From Mobula hypostoma (lineage: Eukaryota), in NCBI RefSeq assembly GCF_963921235.1, contig NC_086097.1:255442001-255506000 (forward strand): 64,000 bases of DNA, read 5' to 3'. This document shows positions 45,728 through 58,629 of this stretch, piece by piece. The first letter of the stretch is position 1; the number at the start of each line of letters is the position of its first letter. A model generated the notes under the pieces. The model saw only the letters and a list, made by a program, of their open reading frames with translations. It had not been told where the DNA came from and did not search any database. Position numbers and translations under genes: made by a program.

Positions 45728-48720
45728 AGCAAAACACACAAAATGTTGGAGGAACTCAACAGGCCAGGTAGCATCTATGGGGAAAAAAGGACAGTCGGTG
45801 TTTTGGCTCGAAACCCTTCGGCAGGACTGGAGAAAAAAAACGCTAGGCTATAGGTGAAACTTGTGGGGGGGGGGGTGGTGGGGAGGTGAAGCAAAGAGCT
45901 AGGAAGTTGATTAGTGAAAGAGACAGAAGGCCATGGATGAAAGGAAAAGGAGGGATGGGGGTTGAGAGGGAGGATGCAGCACCAGAGGGAGGAGATGGGC
46001 AGGCAAGGAGATAACATGAGAGAGGGAAAAGGTGAAGTGGGGGGGGGGGGGAGAGGAGAAGAGAGGCATTTGAGAAATGGATGTTCATGCCATCAGGTTG
46101 GAGCTACCCAAATGGATTACACAGCGTTGTTCCTCCTGCCTAAGTGGGCTTATCCCAACAGTGGCGGAGGCCATGGATGGAAATATCGGAATGGGAAGTC
46201 GAATTAAAATGGGTGGCCATTGGGAGATCCCACTTGATCTGGTAGACAGAGCGTAGATGCTCGGCAAAGCAGTCTCCCAATCTGCATCAGGTCTCACCAA
46301 TATACAAGAGGCCACACCAGGAGCACCAAACACAGAATATGACCCTAACAGACTCACAGTTGAAGTGTCGCCTCACCTGGAAGGACTGTTTGGAGCCCTG
46401 AATGGTAATGAGTGAGAAGGTGCAGGGTCAGGTGTAGCACTTGTTCCGCTGGCAAGGATAAGTGCCAGGAGGAAGATCAGTGGGGAGAGACAAATGGACA
46501 AGGGAGTCGTGTAGGGCGTGATCCCAGCAGAAAGCAGAAAGTGGGTGCGAGGGAAAGACGTGCTTAGTGGTAGAATCCTGTTGGAGGTGGCAGAAGTTTT
46601 GGAGAATTATGTGCTGGATGTAGAGGCTGAAGGGGTGGTAGATGAGGACAAGAGGAACCTTAGCCCTGTAGAGTGGCAGGAAGATGGGGTAAGAGCAGAT
46701 GTGCTTAAAATGGAAGAAATGTAGTTGAGGGCAGCACTGATGGTGGAGGAAGGGAAGCCACTTTTTTTGAAAAAAGGAGGACACCTCCTTCGTTCTAGAG
46801 TGAAAAGCCTCATCCCGAGAGCAGATGCACCGGAGATGGAGGAATTGAGAGAAAGGAATGGTGTTTTTTGTTTACAAGTAGCAGGGTGGGATGAGGTATA
46901 GTCCAGGTTGCTGTGAGAGTCCGATGGTTTATAATAGACATCGGTGGATAAGCTGTCTCTGGAGATAGAGACAGTGAGATTGAGAAAAGGAAAGGTAGTG
47001 TTGGAAATGGACCAAGTAAATTTGAGGATAGGGTGGAAGTTGGAGGCAAAGTGGATGAAATCGATGAGTTCAGCATGGGTGCAAGAAGCAGCACCAATGC
47101 AGTTGTTGATATAGCGTAGGAAAAGTGCGGGATGGTCACCAGTGTAGGATTGGAACATAGACTATTTCAGGTAGCCGACAAACAGGCATAGCTGGGACCC
47201 ATGCGAGTGCCCATGGCTACCCCTTTTGCTTGAAGTAAGTGGAAGGACCCAAAGGAAAAATTAGAGTGAAGAAAAGTTCCACTAGGTGGAGGAGAGTGGT
47301 AGTTGGGGGGTCCAGAAAGAAACCGAGAGCTTTGAGGCCTTCCTGGTGGGGGATGGAGGTGTGTAAGGACTGGACAGCCTCAGTAAAAATAAGATGGAGG
47401 CCAGGGAACCTGAAATCCTTGAGATCAAGAACGTGTGAGGTGTCACAGATGTAGGTGGGAAAGGACTAAACCAGAGGGGATAAAACAGAGTCGAAGTATG
47501 CAAATATGGGTTCAGTGGGGCAGGAACAAGCTGAAACAATGGGTCTACTTGGACAAGCAGGTTTCTAGATTTTGGGTAGAGGCAGAAACGGGAGGTACAG
47601 GGTGTGGGAACTATGAGGTTGGTGGCAGTGGATGGGAGATCCCCAGAGTCAATAAAGTTGGCCAGCACTTCCCTTATCTGTGGGTTTGACGGTGAGGTTA
47701 GGATTAGTGTGGAGCGAGTGGACAACCAAGTGTTTGGAAGGAGTGAGGTTGGAATAGGAGAGAGGAGTGTTAAAGTCTGGATGGTTAATGTCCTGTCAGC
47801 AGTTGGCAATGAAAAGGCCCAAAAAAGGCAGAAGACCTGTGTGGGATGTCCAGGAAGAGGAGGAGGGGTCATCGGTGCAGGGTGGGGAGTCCTTGCCAAA
47901 GGAAGAGGCTCAGAGATGGAGGCAGTGGAAGAAGGGCTCAGCGCTGTGGCGGACAGAGGCGGCGACAAAGAGCTCAGCTCAGCGGAGCAAGTGCTACGCC
48001 TCCTCCCTCACAACCATTCAGGGCCCTAAACAGTCCTTCCAGATGAGGTGACACTTCAGCTGTGAGTCTGTTGAGGTTATCTACTGCGTCCAGTGCTGCC
48101 GGTGTGGCCTCCTGTATACTGGTGAGACCTGACGTAGATTGGGAGACCGCTTTGCCAAGCACCTACGCTCTGTCCACCAGAAAAAGTGGGATCTTCCGGT
48201 GGCCACCATTTTAATCCCACTTCCTACTTCGATATGTCCATCCATGGCCCCCTCCACTGTTGTGATGAGGCCACACTTAAGTTGAAGGAACAACACATTA
48301 TATTCTGCTTTGGTAGCATCTAGGCAGAAGGCAAGACCATTGATTTCCCAAACTTCCTGTAATGACCCATGCCCTTTTCCCTCTGTCACCTTATGTCCTT
48401 GCCCACCCATCACCTCCCTGTGGTGCTACTCACCACCTCCCCCCCCCTTTCTTTCCTCTATGGTCTTCTGTCTCTTTCACCAATCAACTGCCCAGCTCTT
48501 TACTTCATCCTTTCCCCTTCAAGTTTCACCTATCACCTTGTGGTCCTTTCCTCGCCCCCACCTTTTAAATCAGCTGATTGTCCTCCAGTCCTGCTGGATT
48601 TTGGCCCAAAATGTCAACTGTACTCTTTTCCATAGATGCTGCCTGGCCTGCTAAGTTCCTCCAACATTTTGTGTGTGTTGCTCGGATTTCCAGCATCTGC
48701 AGGTTTTCTCTTGTTTGTGA
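45728..48720. mobile_element. Penelope-like element (RT + GIY-YIG) with an inverted second 3' arm
   Basis: Minus arm ~45728-47950: GVAMGTRMGPSYA, RYINN (decayed YIDD), FPFLN, YYKPSDSH and C..CGLLYIGET. Plus arm ~47960-48720: VIYCVQCCRCGLLYTGET..RFAKH plus the terminal motif. Confidence 0.9.
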
Positions 48721-49040
48721 TCAGCATTATCTCCTTGATTTTATATTCTGGTTTGCCCTCATAGTTCATCTTTTCCTTTCTTACAGATTTTTTAGTTGCC
48801 TTTCGTTGGATTTTGAAAGCATCCAATCATCCAACTTTCCACTTACTTTTGTTACCTTATATGCCCTTTCCTTGGCTTTTAAGCAGTCCTTAACTTCCTT
48901 TGTCAGCCATGTTCGCCTACCCCTGCATTTGATAACTTCTTCCTCTGTGGGACATATCTATCCTGCGTTTGTGAAATATTCCCAGAAACCTCACGCTCCT
49001 CTGCTCTGCCATTATCCTCCTCCAATGCAGCTGGGCAAGC
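48721..49040 (-). mobile_element. Degenerate CR1 ORF2 linker fragment
   Basis: WLTKEVK..DW.AFKIQRKATKK similarity (ORF 48614..48826 part). Confidence 0.65.
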
Positions 49041-49049
49041 AATCCCTTT

Positions 49050-50039
49050 GCATATTAAAGTCCGGGCGGCAACTAATTAATTAGTTTGTTTATTTTGGCT
49101 TTTTTTCTTAAAGATGTGCTGAGTGCGTCCTGGCTACCACTGCACTGTTGCATTCTTCATGGCAACGTATCAGTCCGCAGCCCGGAGGTTGGGGTGGTGG
49201 GACACTAGGCTGTCATCTCATTGTCGTCTGTTTCCATCAGGGCAGGCAGGTCATCTTCTTCTATGTCTGCCTGCCTCGATGTCGAAGGTCAAGGTTCGTC
49301 GCCTGCTGTGGCTGATGTGGAAGGCTTGAAAAACGACAGTATGCTTGACTGCTTAGCCTCGCGCATTTTTCTATCATACAGTTCTTTGTAAGCACTCAAA
49401 CCATCTTGCAAATATGATCTAAACCTACGTACCCTTTCAAAATTAAAGTCGTACTTTTCTGCAATCATTGTTGTCAATTGCAGCGAAAATCTCATGCAGT
49501 TGCTTCACGTTCAGTTCCTGGATGACTTCACTTTCAGTCCGTTCGCTACTGCATTCGGTTTCGATTGTTATCCTTTCCTCTTCCAATTCCATCAGCTCTT
49601 CATCTATCAGTTCTTAGTCATGGGATGCCAAAACCTCTTCAACATCACCTCCTTCAACTTCCACAAGCCAAACTCACTTCGTTCTTACTTCGTTCACCAC
49701 GATCGAAACACTTAATTATGTCTAGTTTTATGCTAAGTGTAACACCCTTACGAGCTCTTTTAGGCTTTTCCGATACCTTCGAACTCATCTTGCTAACAGA
49801 TGCTCAAAATAAATCGACATAAAGCACAGATGCTCACAGGCACGTGTTTAAGCAATGCCGGCTAGATTGCAGTTCCGGGGAGGAGCTTGGTTGCTCAGGG
49901 TGCACGGTGCCTTTTCCACATGTTGTCTTTTCTCTTAACAGTGAAAACACCTTCTGTTAGCGAAAACAGGTAACTAATGTCGGTCTTTCGTAACAGCGAG
50001 GTGTCGTAAAGTGAACATTCGAAAAGCAGGGGACACCTG
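49050..50039 (-). mobile_element. Internally deleted Tigger/pogo DNA transposon
   Basis: TA|CAGGTGTCCCC TIR at the right end; N-terminus MSSKVSEKPKRARKGVTLSIKLDIIK.FDRGE (CENP-B/psq HTH) joined to C-terminus YKELYDRK..KQSSILSFFK; second TIR not found. Confidence 0.8.
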
Positions 50040-50044
50040 TAGCA

Positions 50045-50765
50045 GATAAAGTACAGTTTCTCCTCTTGTAGGCTTATCTACATATTGTGTCAAGAAACCT
50101 TCCTGAACACACTTAACAAACTCCACCCCATCTAAACCCCTCACTCTAGGGAAATGTCAATCAATATTTGGGAAATTAAAATCTCCCACCACAACAACCC
50201 TGTCATTATTACTCCTTTCCAGAATCTGTCTCCCTATCTGCTCCTCGATGTCCCTGTTACTATTGGGTGGTCTATAAAAAACACCCACTACAGTTACTGA
50301 CCCCTTCATGTTCCTAACTTCCACCCACAGAGACCCCCTAGACAACCCCTCCATGACTTCCTCCTTTTCTGCAGCCATGACACCATCTCTGAACAACAGT
50401 TCCATGCCTCCCTCCCAGTCCTTTCTGAAACATCTAAACTCTGGCACTTGAAGTAACCATTCCTGCCCGGAGCCACCCAAGTCTCTATAACAGCCACATC
50501 ATAACCACGCTCTAAGCTCACCCACTTTGGTCATGATACTCCGTGCATTAAAATAGACGCATCTCAAAGCATCGGTCTGAGCATGTCCCTTTTCTATCAC
50601 CTGCCCATCCTCCCTCTCGCACCGTCTCCAAGCTTTCTCCATTTGTGAGCCAACCACCTCTTCCTCTGTCTCTTCAGTTCGGTTCCCACCCCCCAACAAT
50701 TCTAGTTTAAGCTCGCCCCAATAGCCTTAGCAAACTTCCCCACCAGGATATTTGTCCCCCGGGAT
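50045..50765 (-). mobile_element. CR1 fragment spanning the ORF1 end and ORF2 APE
   Basis: GTNILVGKFAKAIGASLN* (ORF1 end), then LRCVYFNARS, FYRPP and GDFNFP. Confidence 0.9.
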
Positions 50766-51044
50766 TCAGATAACCTCGCTTGATCCTCTGCCCTGCTCTG
50801 ACCTATTATTTGCCCTTCAGACTGCTCCAACATTAGCCCTAGGAATAATATCTCATCTTCCTTTTCAGGACTAAAAGCTAACATCAAAATGAGATTTATG
50901 GAGTTATTCCCTCCACAATGAGATAAAGCAATATTGGAATATAATATATAATCTAAGACACGTAAATGGTAAGTGTGACATGTCTGAAACATGAACATCA
51001 TTTAGATACTTGGAGTAGGATTTGAGGAGGATTATGTTCTACAT

Positions 51045-52272
51045 TCATTCGAATGCTGTTCATAGACTTCAGTTCAGTATTCAACACAATCATTCCTCAG
51101 CACCTGAAACTGCTGGGCCTGAACACCTCCCTCTGCAACTGGATCCTAGACTTCCTGACTGAGAGACCTCAGTCAGTCCAGATCAGGAGCAGCATCTCCA
51201 ACACCATCACACTGAGCACGGGGGCCACCAGGGCTGTGTGCTCAGTCCACTGCTGTTCACTCTGCTGACCCACGACTGCAGCAATACACAGCCCGAATCA
51301 CATCAAGTTCGCCGATGACACAACCGTGGTGGGTCTCATCAGCAAGAACGAGTCAGCGTACAGAGAGGAGGTGCAGCGGCTAACGGACTGTGCAGAGCCA
51401 ACAACCTGTCTCTGAATGTGAACAAAACAAAAGAGATGGTTGTTGACTTCAGGAGGACACGGAACGACCACTCTCCGCTGAACATTGACAGCTCCTCCAT
51501 TGAGATCGTTAAGAGCACCAAATTTCTTGGTGTTCACCTGGCGGAGATTCTCACCTGGTCCCTCAACACCAGCTCTATAGCAAAGAAAGCCTAGCAGCAT
51601 CTCTACTTTCTGCGAAGGCTGAGAAAAGTCCATCTCCCACCCCCCATCCTCACCACATTCTACAGAGGTTGTATTGAGAGCATCCTGAGCAGCTGCGTCA
51701 CGGCCTGCTTCGGAAATTGCACCATCTCGGATCACAAAACCCTGCAGTGGATAGGGAGGTCAGCTGAGAAGATCATCCGGGTCTCTCTTCCTGCCATTAC
51801 AGACATTTACACCGCATGCTGCACCCGTAAAGCAAACAGCATTATGAAGGACCCCACGCACCCCTCATACAAACTTTTCTCCCTCCTGCCATCTGGCAAA
51901 AGGTACCGAAGCATTCGGGCTCTCACGACCAGACTATGTAAGTTTCTTCCCCCAAGCCATCAGACTCCTTAATACCCAGAGTCTAGACTGGCATCTACAT
52001 CATTTATTATATTGTAATTTTTCCTCTACTGTGCATATTTTCTTGTTTGTTATTTATTGTACTGCCCTGCACTGTTTTGTGCACTTTATGTAGTCCTGTG
52101 TAGGTCTGTAGTCTAGTGTAGTTTTTGTGTTGTCTTATGTAGTTTAGAGTAGTTTTGTGTTGTTTCGTGCAGCAACATGGTCCTGGAGGAACGTTGTTTC
52201 ATTTTTACTGTGTACTGTACCAGCAGTTTATGGTCGAAATGACAATAAAAAGCCACTTGACTTGATTTGAAC
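51045..52272 (+). mobile_element. Rex1/Babar LINE, 5'-truncated
   Basis: [13 protein letters not shown] and [18 protein letters not shown] plus acttgacttga tail. Confidence 0.9.
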
Positions 52273-52557
52273 AGAACATGTACTAAGTAGTTGTTGAATT
52301 CTTGAAGACTGATATTCATTTCACTTGCTCATCATTTTGGTTTCCATGTGCTACGACAATAATATTTATGAGCATAAAATTAATTTGTTCTACAATAGGT
52401 CAAATTGGAAAACAATGAAAATATTGTAAATGTTTCAAGGCTGCCACAGATACAAACGTACTAAGCAGGGGTAATAACAAAATATGCCAGGAATGATTCT
52501 ATGCTGAACCTGCTAATGTCAGGTGTGGTGTTGCAATCAGCTTCAATGCCATCAGAC

Positions 52558-52710
52558 ATGAAGTCCTGCCACATGGTCTCGGCCCAAAATGTAAACTGTA
52601 CTCCCCCCCTCACCCCGCCCCATATAGATGCTGGGTGGCTTGCTGAGTTCCTCTAGCACTTTGCGTGTGTCACTTGGATTTCCAGCATCTGTAGATTTTC
52701 TCGTTTGAGA
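52558..52710 (+). mobile_element. Solo Penelope-like terminal fragment with decayed hammerhead motif
   Basis: agtcctg..ggtctcggcccaaaatgtaaactg..gatgctg..gctgagttcctc..ggatttccagcatctg, as at 48586-48720. Confidence 0.75.
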
Positions 52711-52767
52711 TATGAAGAACTGCTCTTTTTCCAGGATATACATACACACCAATAAACTATCTTCCAA

Positions 52768-53480
52768 TAGAACATAGAACAGTACAGTACAGGCCCTTCG
52801 GCCCACAATGCTGTGCCGACCCTCAAACCCTGCCTCCCATATTACCCCCCACCTTCAATTCCTCCATATACCTGTCTAGTAGTCTCTTAAACTTCACTAG
52901 TGTATCTGCCTCCACCACTGACTCAGGCAGTGCATTCCACGCACCAACCACTCTTGAGTAAAAAACCTTCCTCTAATATCCCCCTTGAATTTCCCACCCC
53001 TTACCTTAAAGTTATGTCCTCTTGTATTGAGCAGTGGTGCCCTGGGGAAGAGGTGATGGCTATCCACTCTATCTATTCCTCTTATTATCTTGTACACCTC
53101 TATCATGTCTCCTCTCATCCTCCTTCTCTCCAAAGAGTAAAGTCCTTAGCTCCCTTAATCTCTGATCATAATGCATACTCTCTAAACCAGGCAGCATCCT
53201 GGTAAATCTCCTCTGTACCCTTTCCAATGCTTCCACATCCTTCCTATAGTGAGGTGACCAGAATTGGACACAGTACTCCAAGTGTGGCCTAACCAGAGTT
53301 TTATAGAGCTACATCATTACATCGCGACTCTTAAACTCTATCCCTCGACTTATGAAAGTTAACACCCCATAAGCTTTCTTAACTACCCTATCTACCTGTG
53401 AGGCAACTTTCAGGGATCTGTGGACATGTACCCCCAGATCCCTCTGCTCCTCCAAACTACCAAGTATCCCGCCATTTACA
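52768..53480 (-). mobile_element. CR1 3' portion
   Basis: ORFs 52897..53133, 53069..53281 and 53309..53572; tagaacatagaac tail. Confidence 0.92.
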
Positions 53481-53779
53481 TGCCATTGAAGCAATGTATG
53501 CATTTTTATCCATGTTCTCTTATCTTCAACTAACTCACTACTCCCCCCTCCCCTGCTTCCCCCCCCCGCCATATTTGCTGATCCTTTTTGTAGAAGATAT
53601 AACTTGCCATGGAAAATGTATTACAATTCTCTAAGGTATCACGGCCCTCAATCAAGCCACTCCACATGTCAAGTGGTTTTCACAAGCAAGGGTGGCCGAT
53701 CCAGTTCAGAGGATGAATGGTTTAGCAGAAGCAACATCAGATAAATTAGTTACCACTGCACAGAGATTCTGACATCTCC

Positions 53780-54290
53780 CACCACAGAGTGCTTCACTCC
53801 AGCTTTTCAGACAACCCCTGCAATTCGCCTACTGTCGATAAAGGTCTACAGCAGACATCATCTCCCTCACCCTATACTCACCTCTGGAGCATCTGGACAG
53901 TGAAGACATCTGTCAGATTAATACTGACTACAACCACCTTCAATACTATAATACCAAGCAAACTCATCTCCAAACTCCAGAACCTGAGTCTTAACACCTT
54001 CCTCTGCAACTGGATCCTTGAACAAACCAGTCAGTAAGGATAGACGGCAACAGCACCACCACAATTATTCTAAACACTGGCACGCCACAAGGTTGCACAC
54101 TCAAATCCTCCACTTTACTCCCTGTGCACCCATAAGCTGGATGGCCAGGTTCTGCTCTAAATTCCACCTACAAGTTTGGAAATGATACCACTGCAATGGA
54201 CCACATTTCAGATAACTGAGTCTGAGTACAGAAAGAAGATAAATAGTTTAGTAATGATGTCATGAGAACAACCTTTCCCTCAGTGTCAAC
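53780..54290 (+). mobile_element. Very degenerate Rex-type RT fragment
   Basis: FNTIIPSKLISKLQNL.LNTFLCNWIL in ORF 53789..54037. Confidence 0.7.
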
Positions 54291-55678
54291 CAGCAAACTT
54301 AAACACATTAGCTCCCTCTCACCCCAAAATGATTCTCTATTTATAGTTTTTGTCCATTTCTAAGTTTTAGGCACACAAGAGTTTAACAATGCTCCTTTGG
54401 TTGACATCTTCTGGATAGATCATAAAACCATTTTTTCCACTTTTTTCTCTTCCATTTGTTCCTCATCTTGGATATGACCCTGGAACTGTTGAAGCCCGTG
54501 TTATGCTGTCTGGGTACTTCAGCGGTCTGCAATACCCAAAAGGATTCTGAGAGGGAGAGGCAGAGGCAGAGGCAGCGGCAGCGCGAGTGGACTTCATGAC
54601 AAGAAGGCTGCACGATGGAGTGCAAGCCGATGTTTAACCCCATTTCACCGATTAAAGCAATGAGAGCGATTGAAACATCAAGGCCAGTGCAGAAGTTTGG
54701 AGATCATTTGGGTGTTTCAGCTCCCTACTGTCTCCGAGGGAATTCTGGGAGGCAGCATGTGCAAACTTCGTAGTAGGCAGGCTGCAGGACGGGTGTGAGC
54801 CAATGTTTGGCTCCATTTTGCCGATTAAAGCATCGAAGTGAGTACCAGCAGCTTGCCTTTTTTGAACGGTTGCTCTGTACCAGAGAGGGGGAAAGTCCTG
54901 CCGCTGAGGAGAATGTTGTCAAGGTTTTTTCGTTTTAGAACTTTGGACTATAGACTCTCGTTTTCAGTCTTATAAGGCATATGAACAGAATTAGCCTATT
55001 CAGCTCAACTCGTCTACACCGCCATTCCATCATGGCTCATCCCGGATCCAAATGAACCCTATATACCCGCCTTCTCGCCATATCCTTTGATCAGGATCAG
55101 AATTATCATCACCGGCATGTGATGTGAAATTTGTTAACCTAGCAACAGCAGTTCAATGCAATATGCAATATAAAAAACACAAACAATAAGTAAATCAATT
55201 ACAGTATATATGTATTGACTGGATTAAAAATCGTGCAAGAAACAGAAATACTATATATTAAAAAAGTGAGATAGTGTCCAAGGGTTCAATGGCTATTTAG
55301 GAGTCGGATGGCAGAGGTGAAGAAGCTGTTTCTGAATTGCTGAGTGTGTGCCTTCAGGCTTCTGTACCTCCTTGATGGTAACTGTGAGAAAAGAGCATGC
55401 CCTGGGTGCTGGAGGTCCTTAATAATGGGTACTGCCTTTCTGAAACACCGCACCTTGAAGATGTCCAAGGTACTTTGTAGGCTAGTACCCAAAATGCAGC
55501 CGACTAAATTTACAACCCTCAATGTTCTTTCAGTCCTGTGCAGTAGCCCACACCCCTCCAGACCAAACACTGAGGCAAGCCTGTCAGAACGCTGTTCACA
55601 TTACATAGAACATAGAATAGTACAGCATATTACAGGTCCTTCTACAGAATCTATAGAAGTTTTGGAGTGATTTTGTTA

Positions 55679-55978
55679 AACATAGAAACATAGAAAATAG
55701 GTGCAGGAGTAGGCCATTCGGTCCATCGAGCCTGCACCGCCATTCAGTATGATCATGGCTGATCATCCAACTCAGAACCCTGCACCAGCCTTCCCCCCAT
55801 ACCCCCTGATCCCTTTAGCCAGAAGGGCCATATCTAACTCCCTCTTAAATATAGACAATGAACTGGCCTCAACTGTTTCCTGTGGCAGAGAATTCCACAG
55901 ATTCACCACTCTCTGTGTGAAGAAGTTTTTCCTAATCTCGGTCCTAAAAGGCTTCCCCTTTATCCTCAAACTGTGACC
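55679..55978 (-). mobile_element. CR1 3' end (300 bp), subfamily of 5942-9066
   Basis: (catagaaa)n tail; ORF 55772..55999. Confidence 0.92.
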
Positions 55979-57142
55979 TAATATACCAAATCTCTTCAAA
56001 CTCCTAATGAAGTAGTTACTGTCTTGCCTTCTTTATATTTGCATTGATATTTTCTATGTTTCTATGTTTCTATATATTGCGACCAGGTTAGATCCTCAGA
56101 GACCTTGACACCCAGGAACTTGAAACTGCTCATTTTCTCCACTTCTGATCCCTCTATGAGGATTGGTATGTATTCCTTCATCTTACCCTTCCTGAAGTCC
56201 ACAATCAGGCTCTTTTGCCTTGCTGACATTGAGTGCCAGGTTGTTGCTGCAACACCACTCCCCTAGTTAGCATATCTCACTCCTGTACGCCCTCTTGTCT
56301 CCATCTGAGATTCTATCAACAATGGTTGTATCAGCAGCAGAACTATAGATAGCATTTGAGCTATGCCTAGCCCCACAGTTATGTGTATATTGAGAATAGA
56401 GCAGTGGGCTGAGCACACAACCCTGATGATCGTCAGAGAGGAGGATACGTTATCACCAATCAGCACAGATTGCGGTCTTCCAGTTAGGAAGTCGAGGATC
56501 CAACTGCAGAGGGAAGTATAGAGGCCCATGTTCTGCAACTTCTCAATCAGGATTGTGGGAACGATGGTGTTAAATGCTGAGCAACAGTCGCTGAACAACA
56601 TCCTGACAGAGGTGTTTGTGTTGTACAGGTGGTCTAAAGCCGTTGACCTACTGTGGCAACAGGCAAATTGCAATGGGTGCTGGTCCTTGATGAGGCAGGA
56701 GTTCATTCCAGTCATGACAAACCTCTCAATACATTTCATCACTGTAGATGTGAGTGCTACCGGGTGATAGTCATTAAGGCAGCTCACATTATTCTTCTTA
56801 TGGCACTGGTATAATTGTTGCCTTTGAAGCAAGTGGGAACTTCTGCTTGTAGCAGTGAGAGGTTGAAAATGTCCTTGAATACTCCTGCCAGTTGGTTGGC
56901 ACAGGTTTTCAGAACATTACCAGGTACTCCATTGATCACAGATCTAGCCTTCAGCTGACAACATACCTCCTAGTTCATCCACGACTTTTGGTTTAGGAAT
57001 GTACAGCAAGTCTTTGTGGGCACACACTCATCCACACAGGTTTTAATGATGTCAGTAACAACTGCAGCATACTCATCCAGATTCAAAGATGAATCCCTGA
57101 ATACAGTCCAGTCCACTGATTCAAAGCAGTCCTGTAAGCACT

Positions 57143-57856
57143 GGACTGGAACAGAGGGATCTGGGAATACAGATACAAAATTCCCTAAAAGTGGCATCAC
57201 AGGTAGATAGGGTCGTAAAGAGAGCTTTTGGTACATTGGCCTTTATTAATCGAAGTATTGAGTATAAGAGCTGGAATGTTATGATGAGGTTGTATAAGGC
57301 ATTGGTGAGGCCGAATCTGGAGTATTGTGTTCAGTTTTGGTCACCAAATTACAGGAAGGATATAAATAAGGTTGAAAAGGTACAGAGAAGGTTTACAAGG
57401 TTGTTGCCAGGACTTGAGAAACTCAGTTACAGAGAAAGGTTGAATAGGTTAGGACTTTATTCCCTGGAGCATAGAAGAATGAGGGGAGATTTGATAGAGG
57501 TATATAAAATTATGACGGGTATAGATAGAGTGAATGCAAGCAGGCTTTTTCCACTGAGGCAAGGGGAGAAAGAAACCAGAGGACATGGGTTAAGGGTGAG
57601 GGAGGAAAAGTTTAAAGGGAATATTAGGGGGGGCTTCTTCACACAGAGAGTGGTGGGAGTATGGAATGAGCTGCCAGACGAGGTGGTAAATGCGGGTTCT
57701 TTTTTTAACATTTAAGAATAAATTGGACAGATACATGGATGGGAGGTGTATGGAGGGATATGGTCCGTGTGCAGGTCAGTGGGACTAGGCAGAAAGTGGT
57801 TCGGCACAGTCAAGAAGGGCCAAAGTACTGTAGTCTGTGCTGTAGTTTCTATGGTT
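57143..57856 (+). mobile_element. CR1 3' portion nested in the Rex LINE
   Basis: ORF 57191..57715; TSD CACT (57139-57142, 57857-57860); same subfamily as 17441-20139. Confidence 0.92.
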
Positions 57857-58629
57857 CACTCTTGTGCCTCCCTTGTCCATACCTTCTTGGTCCTCACTAC
57901 TGGTGCTGCAATCTTTAGTCTCCGCCTATACTCAGGGAGAAGAAGTACAGCCAGGAAGTGAGGGCATGGAATAGCACAGTAGGCATTCTTGGTGGTGGTG
58001 TAGCAGTGGTCCAGTGTGTTGTTTCCTCTGGTATTGCAAGTGATCTTTAATGGCAGTTGCTTAGTGATTTTTTTTCAGACTGGCCTGGTTTGAAATCTCC
58101 CAAAATGATGGTGAAGGCACTAGGATGCGCTGTTTTGTGCATGTTGATCCCATTGCTCAGATTATCTAAAACCTGACTAACATTGTCCTGGGGTGGAATG
58201 TATACTGCTACCAAAATAACCCTGAAGAACTCCCGTGGTAGGTAAAAAGGACGGCACTTAACTGCTAGATATGATATATTGGTGCACCAAGAAGAGTTGA
58301 TCATGAGGCATACTCCTCCACCTCTGCTTTTGAGACTCTATAGATCTATCCTGACGGTGTATAGTAAACCTGTCGATCTGAATCGCTGTATCCGGTACGG
58401 AAGGGGTTAACCAGGATTCTGTGAAACAAAGGACACACGTGGTCCTAATGTCCCTCTGATTCAGCACCCTAACTCTGAGATCATTCATTTTATTCACCAG
58501 AGACTGCACGTTTGACAGCATGGTAGTCGGTATTAGGAGTTTAAAACCCTGTTTCCTTAAATGCACTTTTACCTCCAATCTACACCTTCCTCTGTGGGAT
58601 CCTACGCTTCCATTTACAATCAGTTTTAG

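Larger units (their letters stand above)
55090..58625 (-). mobile_element. Rex1/Babar LINE with endonuclease + RT (degenerate), interrupted by CR1 pieces
   Basis: EN motifs SNVQSL.NK, LCFTESWL, VYIPP and GDF; RT motifs [11 protein letters not shown] and AFNTI; 3' LPSRRYRS..NSFF. Confidence 0.85.

Noticed and set aside
45716..48730. TSD around the large PLE (atcaggcatt / atcagcatt)
   Set aside because: Needs a gap, and the two flanks do not look like one continuous host sequence.
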